From NCBI GenBank assembly GCA_947628775.1, contig CANRBI010000001.1, forward strand, positions 4,730-68,729: 64,000 bases of DNA, written 5' to 3'. The notes below the pieces were generated by a model. The model made no database searches. It was not told the origin of the DNA and saw nothing but the letters and a program-made list of their open reading frames with translations. This DNA is from an uncultured Clostridia bacterium. GTDB taxonomy: Bacteria; Bacillota; Clostridia; TANB77; CAG-508. The first letter of the stretch is position 1, and every line of letters starts with the position of its first letter. The position numbers and the translations under genes are program-made. Of the stretch, positions 18,598 through 28,100 are shown piece by piece.

Positions 18598-20617
18598 ATG
18601 CATTACAAAATTGAAGGAGCAATAAAAAGAAATAGAAAAACATTTATAATAGCAGCAATACTATGGATTATATTAGCCATAGTATTTGTTTCGCCATTAT
18701 CATATAGTATATTTCAAGCATCACAAGGAGGAACCTTTAACAGCCAAGTACTTATAAGAGGAATAGGTCAAAACTTCACACATCCATTGCAAACATTTGG
18801 AAAACTATTTTCAGATGGAGCATTCGGAAAATTTATATCATTCGAATTTGGATTTACAATATTTTATCTAATATTTTTCTTTATTGGATTTATACGAACA
18901 GCACCAAAAAATGAATATTCAGACATAGAGCATGGATCAAGTGATTGGAGTCAACATGGAGAACAATACCGTATACTTAACAGAAACAAAGGAATTATCC
19001 TAGCAGAAAACAACTACCTACCAGTAGATAAACCAGGAAATGTCAATGTATTAGTAGTTGGACGGATCAGGAGCTGGTAAATCAGCATCATACTCAATAC
19101 CAAATGCATACCAAATGTTAGGATCATATGTATTTACAGACCCAAAAGGAGAATTATATGACAGAACAGCAGGATATTTAAAACAACATGGATATAAAAT
19201 CAAAGTATTAAATCTAGTAAGACCACAATATAGTGACGGATACAACCCACTAAAACACATATCATCAGAATTAGATGTAGATGTTATAGCAAATACAATA
19301 ATAAGAGGACAAAAAACAGAAGGAGGAAGTTCAGAACCATTTTGGGACGATTCAGCAGAAATGCTACTAAAAGCACTAATATATTATCTACTTGCAACAA
19401 GACCTGAAGAAGAGCAAAACCTAGCAAGTTGTGCAGAACTAGTAAGAGCAGCAAACAGTAATGGAGGAAGTAACTTATTAACAGAACTAATAAGCAAACT
19501 ACCATATGATCACCCAGCAAGAATGTACTATAAATCAATAGAAATTGCACCAGAAAAAACATATAGTTCAATACTAAGTACATTACAATCAAAACTAGGA
19601 AAATTTGACTCAAAAGAAATTGCAGAACTAACATCAACAGATACAATAAATTTTGAAGAAATAGGAAACACCAAAACAGCAGTATATGTAATATCATCAG
19701 ATACACATACAGCATATGACTTTTTATTAACAATATTTTTCTCACAAATGATACAACAATTATATGATTATGCAGACAAAAATGGAGGAAAATTAAAAGA
19801 GCAAACATTTTTCATCTTAGACGAGTTTGCAAACATAGGAAAAATACCAGACTTTGATAAAAAAATATCAACATCAAGAAGTAGAAAAATATCATTTAGT
19901 GTTATTTTGCAAAATGTTGATCAACTAGAAGCAGTATATGAAAAATCATATGAAACAATAATGGGTAACTGTGATACACACTTATTTTTAGGAAGTAACT
20001 CATATAAAACAGTAGAATATTTTTCAAAACAACTAGGAGAAAAAACAATAGAAAGAGACAGTGTATCAATAAATAGAGATAGACAAAACTGGAAAACAGG
20101 AAAAAGTGTATCAGATCAAGTTATGGCAAGAGCATTAATGACACCAGATGAATTAAGAAGAATGGACATGGATCAATGTATCATATTTGTAAAAGGATTA
20201 AGACCTGTCAAAACAAATAAATTTTACTATTTCAAACATCCAATGGCAAAACAACTACAAATGTGTGAAATAAGTCATAACGATATAGGTGAAATAGAAA
20301 GAGGAACATGGAGAAAATACAATCCATATAATCCATATAAAGAAGATAATGATGAACAACAAATAGATAATTTAAAAGTTGAATCTCTTGATGATTTATT
20401 TGAAGATGTAAATGATGCAGAAAAAGAGCCATCAACAATACAACAACCACAAAAAATAGAGAATGACTCAAACCAATCAAAAGCAAGGAATGGATTACTA
20501 GAACAATTTGAAGAAGAAGATACACTTATATTACCACAAGAAGAGGACACATATGATTTACAAAAAGAATTAGAAGCAAAATTTGATGAACTATTTGGAC
20601 CATTAGAAGATGAATAA
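18598..20617 (+). pseudogene. VirD4/TraG-type type IV secretion coupling protein (T4CP) gene disrupted by a +1 frameshift inside the Walker A motif.
   Basis: Frame 1 (18598-19080) encodes an N-terminal 2-TM region plus the T4SS-DNA_transf signature EHGSSDWSQHGE. It then reads ...NVLVVGRIRSW* and stops. Frame 2 continues DGSGAGKSASYSIPNAYQ... for a further ~515 aa with TraG/VirD4-like features (YDxxxxxGGKLKEQTFFILDEFANIG is the Walker B region). Removing one base near 19063 restores VLVVGGSGAGKS. Confidence 0.7.
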
Positions 20618-20625
20618 AAACACAA

Positions 20626-20656
20626 AAAATACCTTAATAAAATAAGGTATTTTTTT
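20626..20656 (+). terminator. Rho-independent terminator after the T4CP pseudogene.
   Basis: Stem aataccttaat / aaataaggtatt followed by a T7 run. Confidence 0.6.
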
Positions 20657-20731
20657 GCTTTAACAATATTTTTAAAAACTATTTACAAACTTTCGTTTGT
20701 ATGATATAAATAATAAAGAGAGGTGATAAAA

Positions 20732-21817
20732 GTGAAATTTGTACATATAGCTGACATACACTTTGATGCTCCATTTAGCAGTTTATGTGATAAAGGAGCC
20801 TTAGGCGAAATAAGAAGACTAGATCAAAGGAAAGCATTTAAAAAAGTAATTAATTATATAAAAGAAAATAAAATACCATTACTATTTATATCAGGAGATC
20901 TATTTGAACATGAATATATAAAAAAATCAACAATTCAATATATAATAGACTGTATAAAAGAAATACCAGAAACAAAAATATTTATATCTCCAGGAAATCA
21001 TGATCCATTTCTGCAAAACTCATATTATAATAAATTAACAGAATGTAAAAATGTCTATATATTTAATTCAAAAATACAAATAAAAGAATTTGATGAATTT
21101 GATATATATGGATATGGATTTAATGATTTTTACTGTTCAAACTCAGGTATAGAAAATATAGAAATAAAAAATCCAGAAAAACTAAATATATTAATAATGC
21201 ATGCAGACCTAAATGGAGCAAATACACAGCAAAAACCATATAATCCTATATCACAAAAAGTCCTAGAACAAAAAGGATTTGACTATATTGCCCTAGGCCA
21301 TATTCACAAAAAATCATATAATGACATACCAAATCAAAAAATAGTATATCCAGGTTCCCTAATATCCCTAGGGTTTGATGAATTAGGAGAACATGGAATG
21401 ATTGTAGGAGAACTATCAAAACAAAACTTAAAATTACAATTCATAACTTTAGATGATAAAGAATATATAGAAGAAAAACTTGATATAAGTAATACATTAT
21501 CAAAAGAAGAATTAATAGAAACAATAAATAGTAAACAAATTCCTAATAATAAATTTGCAAAAATAATATTAATAGGAACAAGGCAATTTGAAATTGATAT
21601 AACTGAATTATATAAATTAATAGAAAATGAACAAATAATAAAAATAAAAAATCAAACAAAAATAAATTATGATTTAGAAAAAATCGCAAATGAAAACACA
21701 CTAAAAGGACTATTTGCAAAACAAATGTTAAAACAAATGAAAGAACAAGATATCAGTGAAGAACAAAAAGAGATATTAGAAAAAGCAACTGAAATTGCAT
21801 TTGATGTTTTAGCATAA
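20732..21817 (+). CDS. Metallophosphoesterase DNA-repair exonuclease (SbcD/Mre11-like, YhaO-type).
   Basis: Calcineurin-like phosphoesterase motifs: VHIADIHFD, ISGDLFEH, GNHDP, GHIHK. GTG 20732 has the RBS aaagagagg. It is followed by an SbcC-like ATPase gene. Confidence 0.75.
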   Translation: MKFVHIADIHFDAPFSSLCDKGALGEIRRLDQRKAFKKVINYIKENKIPLLFISGDLFEHEYIKKSTIQYIIDCIKEIPETKIFISPGNHDPFLQNSYYNKLTECKNVYIFNSKIQIKEFDEFDIYGYGFNDFYCSNSGIENIEIKNPEKLNILIMHADLNGANTQQKPYNPISQKVLEQKGFDYIALGHIHKKSYNDIPNQKIVYPGSLISLGFDELGEHGMIVGELSKQNLKLQFITLDDKEYIEEKLDISNTLSKEELIETINSKQIPNNKFAKIILIGTRQFEIDITELYKLIENEQIIKIKNQTKINYDLEKIANENTLKGLFAKQMLKQMKEQDISEEQKEILEKATEIAFDVLA

Positions 21818-21835
21818 AGAAAAGGGGTGAAAATC

Positions 21836-23761
21836 TTGAAAATAAAGCAAATAAAAATAAATGCATATGGAAAAATCAAAAATAAGCAACTAGAATTGCA
21901 AGATAATATAAATATAATACACGGAAAAAATGAATCAGGTAAATCAACAATACTAAGATATATAATAAATAGTTTTTATGGTATTTCAAAAAATAAAAAA
22001 GGAAAAGAATATTCAGATTATGAAAAATATGAACCATGGCAAGGGGAAGACTTTTCAGGTAAATTAACATATGAACTAGATAACAAAAATCAATATGAAA
22101 TATATAGAGATTTTAAAAAGAAAAATCCAAAAATATTTAACAATAAAATGGAAGACATATCTAATACATATGTAATTGATAAAACCTTAGGGAATCAGTT
22201 TTTTACAGAACAAACAAATATAGATGAAAAACTATTTTTGTCAACACTAATAACAAGTCAACAAGAAGTAAAAATACCACAACAAGAACAAGGAATATTA
22301 ATACAAAAAATAGCAAATCTAGTAGGTACAGGAGATGACAACACATCATATAAATTAGCAATAGATAGAATTAATAGAAGACAACTAGAAGAAATAGGAA
22401 CAACAAGATCTAAAGAAAAACCAATTAATCTAATAAACAAAAAAATAGAAGAATTGGAAAAAGAAAAAGAAGAAATAAAAAAATACGAAACATCTAAATA
22501 TGAAATAGAAGAAATAATAAATCAAAACAAAAAAGAAATAAATGATTTAGAAAAAGAACTAGACACATATAATAAATTAAAACAAATATTAGAAAATGAA
22601 AATATACAAAAACAAGAAATATATATACAAGAAGATATAAAAAAGAAAAACACAGAAAAAATAAAACAAATAGACAATCAACTAGATGATATAAAAATGC
22701 AAAGTAAAACTATAGAAGAAAAAAATTATAATAAAAAAGAAAATAATACTAAATTTACAATTTTATCAACAATAATAATATTAATTATAAATATATTACA
22801 ATTTATATTTATAAAAAAATCACCTATAAACTACAGTATACTTGCAATTTCAATAATTGCACTATTACTAATAATTATAAAATATATTAATACGCAAAAA
22901 CAAAATAAAAAAATACAAATAAAATACCAAGAAGAACAAAAAAATTTAGAAATAATAAAAGAAAAAATAAAACTATTAGAAAATGAAGTAAATATAATAG
23001 AAAAAAATAATGAAGAAATAACACAAATAATAAAACAAAAACAGCAAGACATTTTTAACCAAAAGAAAAACCAATATGAAAAAATATATCAAGAAAATCC
23101 AATACTGCAAATAGATATTGAAAACACAACATTACAAGAAACATCAAACAAAATACAAGAATTACAAACTAAAATAAATGATAAAAAAATACAATTACAT
23201 AGTACAGAAATAGATAAAAACCTAATAGAATCTAAACTAGACAAAATAGCACAAATTGAAGAAGAATATCAAACAAATATAAAAAGAAAAAAAGAACTAA
23301 TAAATTTGAATACAAGTATGGAAATAGCAAAACAAATACTAACAAGTAGTTATGAAATAATGAAAAATACAGTAACTCCAAAATTCACACAAAATCTATC
23401 AAACAATATAGCGCAAATAACAAACAACAAATATACAAATGTAAGATTTAATGAAGAAACAGGATTAATGGTAGAAAACGAATATGGAGAATACATACCA
23501 GCTACAAAACTAAGTATAGGAACAATAGATCAATTATATTTATCTCTAAGATTATCAATGATAGATGAATTATCAAACGAAAAAATGCCTATAATTTTAG
23601 ATGAAGCATTTGCATATTTTGATGACGAAAGATTAGAAAACTTTTTAAAATACCTAAACACCAAATATTCAGAAAGGCAAATAATAATATTTACTTGTAC
23701 AAATAGAGAAGAAGAAATATTAAAAAAGAATGATATTCCAATATCTATACAATATATATAA
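21836..23761 (+). CDS. SbcC/YhaN-like AAA ATPase: N-terminal Walker A, long K/E-rich coiled coil with a central hydrophobic segment, C-terminal Walker B/D-loop.
   Basis: Rad50/SbcC-type Walker A INIIHGKNESGKST. The C-terminus reads PIILDEAFAYFDDERL. Coiled-coil repeats span about 400 aa. A hydrophobic stretch FTILSTIIILIINILQFIF...ILAISIIALLLIII sits mid-protein. Start is TTG 21836 (RBS aaagggg) or GTG 21827. Confidence 0.7.
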   Translation: MKIKQIKINAYGKIKNKQLELQDNINIIHGKNESGKSTILRYIINSFYGISKNKKGKEYSDYEKYEPWQGEDFSGKLTYELDNKNQYEIYRDFKKKNPKIFNNKMEDISNTYVIDKTLGNQFFTEQTNIDEKLFLSTLITSQQEVKIPQQEQGILIQKIANLVGTGDDNTSYKLAIDRINRRQLEEIGTTRSKEKPINLINKKIEELEKEKEEIKKYETSKYEIEEIINQNKKEINDLEKELDTYNKLKQILENENIQKQEIYIQEDIKKKNTEKIKQIDNQLDDIKMQSKTIEEKNYNKKENNTKFTILSTIIILIINILQFIFIKKSPINYSILAISIIALLLIIIKYINTQKQNKKIQIKYQEEQKNLEIIKEKIKLLENEVNIIEKNNEEITQIIKQKQQDIFNQKKNQYEKIYQENPILQIDIENTTLQETSNKIQELQTKINDKKIQLHSTEIDKNLIESKLDKIAQIEEEYQTNIKRKKELINLNTSMEIAKQILTSSYEIMKNTVTPKFTQNLSNNIAQITNNKYTNVRFNEETGLMVENEYGEYIPATKLSIGTIDQLYLSLRLSMIDELSNEKMPIILDEAFAYFDDERLENFLKYLNTKYSERQIIIFTCTNREEEILKKNDIPISIQYI

Positions 23762-23783
23762 AACATAAAAAACACTAAAACTA

Positions 23784-23813
23784 TTGAAATTTGCAGGCAT
23801 TTTGTGTTACAAT
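23784..23813 (+). promoter_or_regulatory. Sigma-A-type promoter for prfA (TTGAAA-18-TGtTACAAT extended -10).
   Basis: ttgaaa at 23784-23789; tgt+tacaat at 23805-23813. Confidence 0.45.
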
Positions 23814-23843
23814 ATAACAAAATAATATCCAAGGAGAGTAAAT

Positions 23844-24899
23844 ATGTTTGACAAATTAGAAATTGTAGAAAAAAGATATGAAGAATTAACACAAATGATA
23901 AGTGATCCAGAAATCATAAACAATCAAGTAGAATGGCAAAAAGCAATTAAAGAACATGCAAGTATTGAAGAAGTAGTTTTAAAATATAGAGAATATAAAA
24001 AAATAAAACAAGAGATGGATGAAGCAAAAGAAATGATGCAAGACCCAGAACTAAAAGAACTTGCTGAACAAGAATTTTATGAATCAAAAGAAAAACTTCC
24101 ACAAATAGAAGACGAATTAAAAATTTTATTAATACCAAAAGACCCAGATGATGATAAAAACATAATATGTGAAATAAGAGCAGGAGCAGGAGGAGAAGAA
24201 GCAGCACTATTTGCAGGAACCTTATTTAGAATGTACACAATGTATGCAGAAAAAAGACACTGGAAGCTAGAAATACTAAATGAAAATGAAACAGGGCTTG
24301 GAGGATATAAAGAAATTTCATTTATGGTAACAGGAAAAGGAGCATATAGTAGACTAAAATTTGAAAGTGGAGTACACAGAGTTCAAAGAGTACCAGATAC
24401 TGAAAGTAGTGGAAGAATTCACACATCAACAGCAACTGTTGCAGTATTACCAGTAGTAGAAGATGTAGAAATTGAAATAAATCCAGCAGATATAAAAATG
24501 GAAGTATTTCGTTCATCAGGAGCAGGAGGACAACATATCAATAAAACCTCATCAGCCGTAAGGCTTATACATGAACCAACAGGAATTGTAGTAGAATGTC
24601 AAACAGAAAGATCTCAATTCCAAAACAGAGACAATGCAATGAAAATGCTAAGAACAAAACTATATGAAATCCAAAAAGAAAAACAAGATAGTGAAGTTGC
24701 AAATGCAAGAAAATCACAAGTAGGCTCAGGAGATAGAAGTGAAAAAATAAGAACATACAACTATCCACAAGGAAGGATAACAGACCATAGAATAGGAATG
24801 AGCATTTACCAAATAGAAAATTTCTTAAATGGAGATATAGATGAAATGATAGATAACCTAATTGCAGCAGACAGAGCAGAAAAATTACAAGGAGAATAG
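23844..24899 (+). CDS. prfA: Peptide chain release factor 1.
   Basis: RF1-type tripeptide region [17 protein letters not shown] (PxT class, not SPF). GGQ motif [16 protein letters not shown]. Single uninterrupted ORF with RBS aaggag 6 nt upstream. Confidence 0.85.
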   Translation: MFDKLEIVEKRYEELTQMISDPEIINNQVEWQKAIKEHASIEEVVLKYREYKKIKQEMDEAKEMMQDPELKELAEQEFYESKEKLPQIEDELKILLIPKDPDDDKNIICEIRAGAGGEEAALFAGTLFRMYTMYAEKRHWKLEILNENETGLGGYKEISFMVTGKGAYSRLKFESGVHRVQRVPDTESSGRIHTSTATVAVLPVVEDVEIEINPADIKMEVFRSSGAGGQHINKTSSAVRLIHEPTGIVVECQTERSQFQNRDNAMKMLRTKLYEIQKEKQDSEVANARKSQVGSGDRSEKIRTYNYPQGRITDHRIGMSIYQIENFLNGDIDEMIDNLIAADRAEKLQGE

Positions 24900-24964
24900 T
24901 AAACAAATAGTGCTATAATTTATATATTTCAAAATGTAACAATAATTTAATAAAAATGTAATAA

Positions 24965-25000
24965 AATACCTAAATGGAACGTCCGTATAGGTATTTTTTT
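24965..25000 (+). terminator. Rho-independent terminator after prfA.
   Basis: aataccta ... taggtatt stem followed by a T7 run. Confidence 0.5.
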
Positions 25001-25135
25001 CTACACCAAAAACTACCATTGAAAGTTGAAATATCATATGCTATAAATATTATAGGAGTAATATGACAAAAAGTTTTATGACTATATGAAAACTCATGAA
25101 ACTATAGGACTCAAAAAAAGAGAAAGGTGATTAAA

Positions 25136-28100
25136 ATGAAGACAAAAACAATTAAAATAATATCATTAATTTTAATTATTTTAATGGTCATATCTATGGC
25201 TTTTTATGTAGTTGACGCAGAAGATCAAAATGTTACTCTTAGTCTCACACCAAAGCCTAAAATAGATATAGTATTAGCTAAAGCAAAAACATCACTTGAT
25301 TTAGGAAATTTTGAAAAAGATATAAAATCAAAACTTTCTAATGAAGGTATAGACACAGATGATGTTAAAGTAAGTGCGATAGAAGCTAATCAAGAAGTTT
25401 TAACAACATCTTTTGATTGGGATCAAGATTTATCAAAAGATATAGGAGATATTAAAATTACTAATGGTGGACGAGATGTTGAGATGATAGGCAATTATTC
25501 AGAAGAAGGAAAAAATGCAATGTGGATAATTCCGGACAAGCAAAACCAAGATCAAAAATTCACTTTTGATTATAATATTGACTTTGGAGATAGTTTCAAT
25601 GCAGCTGGAATGTTATTAAAAGTAAAAGACAATGGAAATACATTGACAGGATATATGTTAAGTTTTAATAAATCATCAAAAAGTTGGTATTCAGGTAGTG
25701 GTAATTATAATGGAGCAATTTGGGAATTTTCATATACCAAAAAAGCAAATACATATAATGTAGAAACAAAAATACTAAAAAAAGGATTGGATATTTTAAC
25801 AGAAGGTACACTTACAGTTGAAACTACTGATACACAAATTAAGGTTTCTGGGGGAGGATTAAGTGAAACAGCAATATATGATATAGAAAAAGAATTTGGA
25901 AATGGATATGGATTTTTCTCAGACCATTATAGTCATGGTTGTGATCAATATGGTAGTTTCAAATTAACTAATATTAATTTACAAACAGAATCAGTAAAAA
26001 CATTTAATGAAGTACTAAGAAGTGCAGACTGGAGAGATGGAGCTTATAAATTCTTGGTAAATGTTGATGAAAAAGAAAATGAAGAATTAGCAAATGCATC
26101 TACATATGGAGAGTTAGCAACAAGATTAATGAATGAAGGTATATATTTTGTAGCATGGGGAAATTCTAAAAACGAAACTCAATTTGAAAACTTAATAAAG
26201 ACAAATGATGATAAGGGTAAGTTTATAACAAATGCAGGATATACATCTAATATTGAACAAACTGCAAAATATATAAAAAGTGTATTAGGAACTTTACAGT
26301 CATCAAATTATTTAATTGTAAATGAACCGATAAAAATAGGAGTAGAACCACCAGGAATATTAACAGGTACTATAGATGAACAATGGACAACTGGTAAATG
26401 GATGGTAAAGCATGATTATGAATATTATGAAAATAATATGGGACAATTTGCGCAATCAAATATGTATACAGATGATTTTACGACAACATTTAATAAAGTA
26501 GGAAAATATGAAATAACATATAAAAATGTTCCAATAAATCCAACTGAAATATATGTACATAGAAGACCTATAGCATTATTTGATATGGCTATAAATGAAA
26601 CCAATGTAACACTAACAGACAAATCATATGATTTGGATAAAGAATCACAAGATAATGGAATAAAAGAAAAACAATGGAAATGGAAAGAACCTTCAGAAAC
26701 AAGTTGGCATGAAGGACAATTAACTACAATAGATAAAACAAAGGAATATATAGTACAATTAAGAGTAAAAGATTTTCAAGAAACATGGAGCACACCATGT
26801 AATAAATATATTAATTTAAAATTAGATAATATAAAACCAATAGCAACATTTGATTTTAAAAACAGTGAAATTACACCATATGACAAATTAGAAATAACAG
26901 ATAATTCATATGATCCAGCAGGCAAGACGATTACAAATAGAAAATGGGAAGTATTTGATAAAGATAATGTATCAAAATATAATAGTACAACACAAAAGGA
27001 AACTTATACAGATTTAACACCAGGACAATATAAAATGAGTTTAACAGTAACAAATGAATCTGGTACACAATCAGAAACATTTTCAAGATATTTTACAATT
27101 GTAGCAGATTCAATTGCACCAGAATTTGTAGCCACTCCAATAGAATCAGATTGGACAAAAGAAGTAACAGTAAATTTAGAGTTTAATGACCCAGGACTAA
27201 GTGGTTTTAAAAACTATAAATATGAAATAACAACATCACAAGATAAACCATCACAATATTCTAATCAAAGTACAAATGCAAATGATCAAATAACTTTAGA
27301 TGGAACGGGAATAAAGTATATACATATCATAACTGAAGATATAGCAGGAAATATAAGTGCAAACAGAATTATAGGATCATATAAATTGGATAATCAACCG
27401 CCAGAAATAACAGTTACAGCAGATTTCCAAAATGCAGTAGTAGATAAATTACAAGTTAATATAAAGACAGATGATCCGCATTCAGGAATGAAAAGTCTTA
27501 AATTAGATGGAAATGATTTAAAAAGTATTAATGATGATACAGTAGAGATACTAAAAAATGGAACATATACAATTACAGCAGAAGACCAACTAGGTAATAC
27601 AAGTACAAAACAAATTCAAGTAAACAATATAAATTATGAATGTAATGCAGGATTAGGACATCCAAACTACAGTTCAAGTCTTGATAAATGTCCTATATGC
27701 AAACTTTTAGAAGGAGTTACAGTAACAAATCATGAAGCTGTATATGATAAAACTGAAAAATCTCTAACATATGATAATCCAAATGAAGCTGAAATAGTAG
27801 AATATTATAATGGTTCAACACAAAAACCAATAGAAGAAGGTTCATATACATATGTACTAAAAATAAAATATAATGGAACTGAATATAACACAGGAATATC
27901 AGGAACTTATACAATACATCCAAAACCAATAACAATTACATCAATAACTGCAGAAGATAGACAATATAATAAAACAGATGTAGTTAATATTTCAGGAGGA
28001 CAACTAGTAGGAGTAGAACAAGGAGATGAAGTAGGATTTGAATTACCACAAACAGGACAATCAGTAGATGTAGAAGGTGAACAAATCATACCAGTGGTAG

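Noticed and set aside
19051-19260. 69-aa minus-strand ORF spanning the T4CP frameshift site.
   Set aside because: It is antisense to a conserved ATPase domain, has no RBS and an unremarkable composition, so it is spurious.
23844-24899. Possible RF2 (prfB) with programmed +1 frameshift.
   Set aside because: The ORF is uninterrupted and carries the RF1-type PxT region (VPDTE) rather than SPF. No in-frame UGA or shifty CUU U site near the N-terminus.
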